A DNA stretch of 64,000 nt. Source: the human T2T-CHM13v2.0 reference genome, Homo sapiens. Location: NCBI RefSeq assembly GCF_009914755.1, contig NC_060933.1; one strand, written 5' to 3'. The position numbers were made by a program, and so were the translations under genes. Below, piece by piece: positions 59,789 to 64,000 of the stretch. The notes below the pieces were generated by a model that ran no database searches, was not told the DNA's origin, and saw only the letters and a list, made by a program, of their open reading frames with translations. How positions within the stretch are numbered: the first letter of the stretch is position 1; each line of letters begins with the position of its first letter.

Positions 59789-62080
59789 TTTGGTTAAGAC
59801 TGCTGAGGCCAAGTGCTATTTTGTTACAAGAAAGGAAGAACTTGGCTATTTTCTTGACACTTTTATGGGTGCTGCACTTTATTTTTGTTCGGTTTTTGAT
59901 GGGAGGGAAAGAGTACTGAAATGTTTTGTAAATTTTTTTTAATGTGCTGCTAGGTTTTTTGTTTTGTTTTGTTCTGAAGAGAAGAGTGGTACCATATGTT
60001 GCAGGAAGTCAAACTGGACTTTTTGTGGCTACTAAATTTGCTTTTAATCTTATTGTTCTCAATTTTGGAATCAAGTATGAAAATCTGCACAAATGCAATG
60101 TTTACAAGAACTGGTTGATTCTGGGAGGCATCTGCTACAGTCTCTTTTTATATGGATATGTACATGTCCTATTCTACAAAAATGATTAAAGATAAAAACA
60201 TACTTGTATCCCACTGCTACTTTAGCTGTCAAATTTGGTGTTTCATCACATTAAAAGCAATAAATCAGTAGTTGGTAATGTACTTTACTAAATAAGTTGG
60301 GGGGTACAATTTTTAAAAGTCTTAACTCTTAAATACTTGACTTTCGGCACCATCAGTTAAATCCTTGACTATAATACAAATTTGATATATACATTACATT
60401 TACCCTCAAATTATTCTCAAAACTATATTCCTTAGAATTTGATTTTACCCTGCTGACTTTAAGAGTTATAATAATATCAAATGTGATGAGCTAATATAGA
60501 TTTTCTTTTTAAATAAGAATAACTTCAAGCTCACTCTTTCTTAACATAGTCTGGGATCTCTCAGGGAGTAAGTTTTAAAAGAATACTAATGGCTTGTAAG
60601 AACAAACAGGAATAATAATCTGATTTTTAAATTTGTAGTTATTTTACTCATGTTGCCTTTTAATTTTTGTTATTTTGGTTTATTTTTTGATGTAGCCTTT
60701 TAAAAAAGGAGTCTTAAAAATGATTTTTTTTTTAAAGGCAAGAGAAATCTTGTAGTGCTAACTGCCTTGAGCTGCCAATTACCTATTTCTGAGAATTTGG
60801 TGACTCTTATTGGTAATGATGGCATTTACAACATTTGGCATTTCCCCTTTTTCAGCTCAGTTACCATAGAATACTTCCAAGCTTTACTACTTCCTCTGTA
60901 AGTCATTTCAGTTATGCCAGGATATTTGATGATTTTGTTTATGTAGAATTAGGTAACAAAGCCAATTATGCTATCCTTATTATTGAAGGATTAATCTTAT
61001 GACTTAACATAAGCTTTGGTTATATTTGGGTGTAGTCTTTGGCTAAGTACCCATTAAGGCTAGTAGCAAACACTTGGAAGGTGGCTAACTGGGACTGGGA
61101 ATACGTGTCTCAACTTGAGAAACCAAATAGTGCGAAGGGACTCAGGGTGGCCAGACCTGTGACCTTGGCCTCATTTGTATCTTGTTTTCGCTGAGGTGAT
61201 CAGACACTTAGTACCCTAGAAATGGACTGGAATTATTGAATCTTCTTCTGTAACATCACAATCTTCCTGGTTTTCAGAATAAACGTTTTTGTGCTTTTGA
61301 TATAAATATATACTCTATAATAAAATGTTTGACTAATTTATATAGTAGTGTTTGTCAGCCTGTACTTTTTTTTTTTTTAAACCCATGACCTAGTCGTAGA
61401 CATTTTTTTCTTTTTGTTCTGTTCTGAAGCAAGCTCTTATTTTTCCCTTTCTACCAAATTGAGAGAATGGGCAGACACAGGAGCCATATTCCTAGTTTCA
61501 CAGAAATGTTACTTGAATTATTATTTTCCCTTCTTTCCCAGGATTTGCCTGTAAGCATTCAAATTGTTTTGAATTTCATTTTGCCTTCTCTAAGTTAGAG
61601 GTATTTAATGACTGAAGACTGGCAGGAGAGAAAGTATCAACAAACTGAGTAAACTATTCTTGAGGGGCACTGAAAAGATGTTCTTTGAAACTTGATTTAT
61701 ATATTTTTACTTGCAAAAGAATATACTGTGTTTTGAGTATGAAAGTGTGATTGGGTCTGTTGTGGGAACCACTGACTGATGCCATAATTTGCACTTAAAG
61801 GCTATAAATTACATAGTTAGCCGTACTTTAGTACTAGAAACAGTAAATTGACATCCTTGAACTAATTCCTACCTTTTTTTTGTTTCTGAAGAAATAAAGA
61901 GTATATTAAGCAAAGGGATAATTTATATTTCAGGTTGGACAATTTACCCTAAACAAATTAAACCATGGAAAGTGCAAACACATGAATGAAACATTTTTTT
62001 ACATCAAAGTATCATCAAAGATTCTTGTTTCATTTGATAAAATTAATATTTGAATAAAAAAATTTTTAAATCAAATAGCT
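59789..62080 (+). other. CDC37L1: CDC37L1 3' UTR with several polyadenylation hexamers (ATTAAA 60250; AATAAA 60259, 61278, 61319, 62053)
   Basis: U-rich, repeat-free sequence; hexamers read directly; site usage inferred. Confidence 0.65.
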
Positions 62081-62321
62081 GTCCATTTATTCTCTGTTAA
62101 CTCAGTGTCATTTTTTCAGTGGTAGTGAAGATAATACTGCCTTAAAATTATTACTCTTAGGTAGATGGGTAACATTCTCTTCCAATTATACCATTAGTGA
62201 GCTCTTTCAAATTTTGCCTAATGAGCTCACAATCTCTTATAACTTCTCTTTAGGAAAATCAGGTCCTCCTCTTCTTTCAGACTGGCATATCATATTATTA
62301 CCCTTTTAAAAATGAATGAAC

Positions 62322-62585
62322 AGCCGGGCGCAGTAGCTTACGCCTGTAATCCCGGCACTTTGGGAGGCCGAGGCGGGTGGATCCTGAGGTCAGGAGATCG
62401 AGACCATCCTGGCCAACATGGTGAAACCCTGTCTCTACCCAAAATACAAAAATTAGCTGGGCATGGTGGCGCGTGGCTGTAGTCCCAGTTACTCAGGAGG
62501 CTGAGGCAGGAGAATCGCTTGAACCCCGGGAGGCAGAGGTTGCAGTGAGCCAAGATGGCGCCACTGCACTCCAGCCTGGCAACAT
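62322..62585 (+). mobile_element. Alu (3'-truncated)
   Basis: Dimer lacking the normal tail. Confidence 0.9.
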
Positions 62586-63229
62586 CTAAAAATGAAAATG
62601 AACATGCTGCCCAAAGAACATGAATCTGTTTTAGTAAGTGGATTTTCTAACAGGATGAAAAAAGTTGACTGTAGGTTTAGGCAAGGTGATCCTGAAGTTA
62701 ACCTTTGGGTATTTTCAGAGGAGAACGAAATGTCAGTTTACTTTTCTAAGTCAATCATGTATTTCAGTTCTTAAATTGGTGTGGGACAGAACCGAGGTAC
62801 TTGTCTGGGTTGAGGTTGGGCTTTCCATTTCATGGGCTTTCCATTTCAATTTTGCCATTATAGCAAACATACTTTTAACAAAACCCTTAAATCCATCCAT
62901 CTCTCATCTGTAATGGACATGTATATACAATTGCATAGTTCTGAGAAGTTGATTTATCTGAAAATTATTTGCTCACTATGTGAGCCAAGGGGGTCGGGAG
63001 GGGGACACAGGGTGAATATAAGTTCATTATGGATTGTTCACCATCTAATATGAAGTGAAACCATTCTCATAAGCTTTGAAGAATTAGACTTGTTTGATCT
63101 CTAAATATAGAAAATGATTATTAAAATTCCCACATCTTTCACACAGTTAACAGCATGATTCTTCATGTTATTTACACATCAGACATTTAACTTGGAATGC
63201 TTTAGAAAAAGATGACACAGTGCTGGACT

Positions 63230-64000
63230 GATTTACACTTAGGCATGACAGTTTATTCAGTGCTATATATGGAAAAATCAGTGTTTATATTATTTAGTGA
63301 GCTAAAAACAAATAAAAAGCAGGAGGGGGATAAGGGCTCTACAAAGCATACTGGCTTTTACCAGAAGCTTTAAGCACAGCTACACTATTTTAACTGTTTA
63401 AAAATTTTTTAACCATAACTTCCAAGATGAAAATCTTTAACTGCAAAGATAGAAAAGCTATTTCTACAGTTTATCAGGGCCTGAGGATTTATTTTTATTT
63501 TTATTTTTATTTTTTGGTCAATGAGAAGACACAACATATTCTAAAATACAAATTCTTGCTGTTGGTTGCAACTATAGCAATTTAACATAATTTGAGATCT
63601 ATAATTACAATGATTTGTTGTTAGTATAGGGCAGTTTTGTCACAAGTTATGAGGATCCAAAATATCTTGCTAGAATGCCATTATATATAGCTGGGGGAAA
63701 AGTAGCCATAGGGTGGGGTTTAGAGATTTGAGCCAGTATTTAAACTATTTGAAATGGAACTGACAGAAATTTCTGGATGGTGCTAACAACTGCTAGTTTG
63801 CATTTCCCACAGTACACGCTGCTTACAAAAGGTATAGCAAAATAACTTTTACTCTATAAAATAAATCAGTTGAGGTGCTGTTCTCCCTGGCTTTTTTTTT
63901 TGAGACGGAGTCTCCCTCTGTCGCCCAGGCTGGAGTGCAGTGGCACGATCTCAGCTCACTGCAACCTCCGCCTCCCGGATTCACACCATTCTCCTGCCTC
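63230..64000 (-). other. AK3: Probable distal 3' UTR of the convergent neighbour AK3
   Basis: Minus-strand AATAAA at 63252-63257; gene identity rests only on recalled gene order, no AK3 coding sequence in the window. Confidence 0.4.
63891..64000 (-). mobile_element. Alu (AluY-like), cut by the window edge
   Basis: PolyT plus reverse right arm. Confidence 0.9.

Overview
Primate, almost certainly human, genomic DNA: Alu/L1-rich and recognisable from the encoded proteins as the SPATA6L-PLPP6-CDC37L1 locus (9p24.1, from my recollection). Minus strand: the 5' part of SPATA6L, with coding exons at 19886-19924, 15573-15710 and 9715-9763 plus a 42-nt in-frame exon at 165-206. Plus strand: intronless PLPP6 (16050-16937, 295 aa PAP2-family lipid phosphatase), nested antisense inside SPATA6L intron 1, and the complete 7-exon CDC37L1 gene (33444-59788, 337 aa Hsp90 co-chaperone). 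The end of the window probably holds the AK3 3' end on the minus strand. The rest is about 40 Alus plus L1, L2, MIR, LTR and DNA-transposon relics and microsatellites. I found no CRISPR array, rRNA or tRNA, and I cannot support a wholly new biological system. The best leads are isoform and regulatory features: an in-frame upstream AUG adding a basic N-terminus to PLPP6, a family-conserved cassette exon in SPATA6L, an alternative APRF-stop exon in CDC37L1, inverted Alus bracketing SPATA6L exon 3, and shared miR-15/16 and miR-30 sites in the PLPP6 and CDC37L1 3' UTRs. Repeat boundaries are approximate and subfamily calls are by eye.
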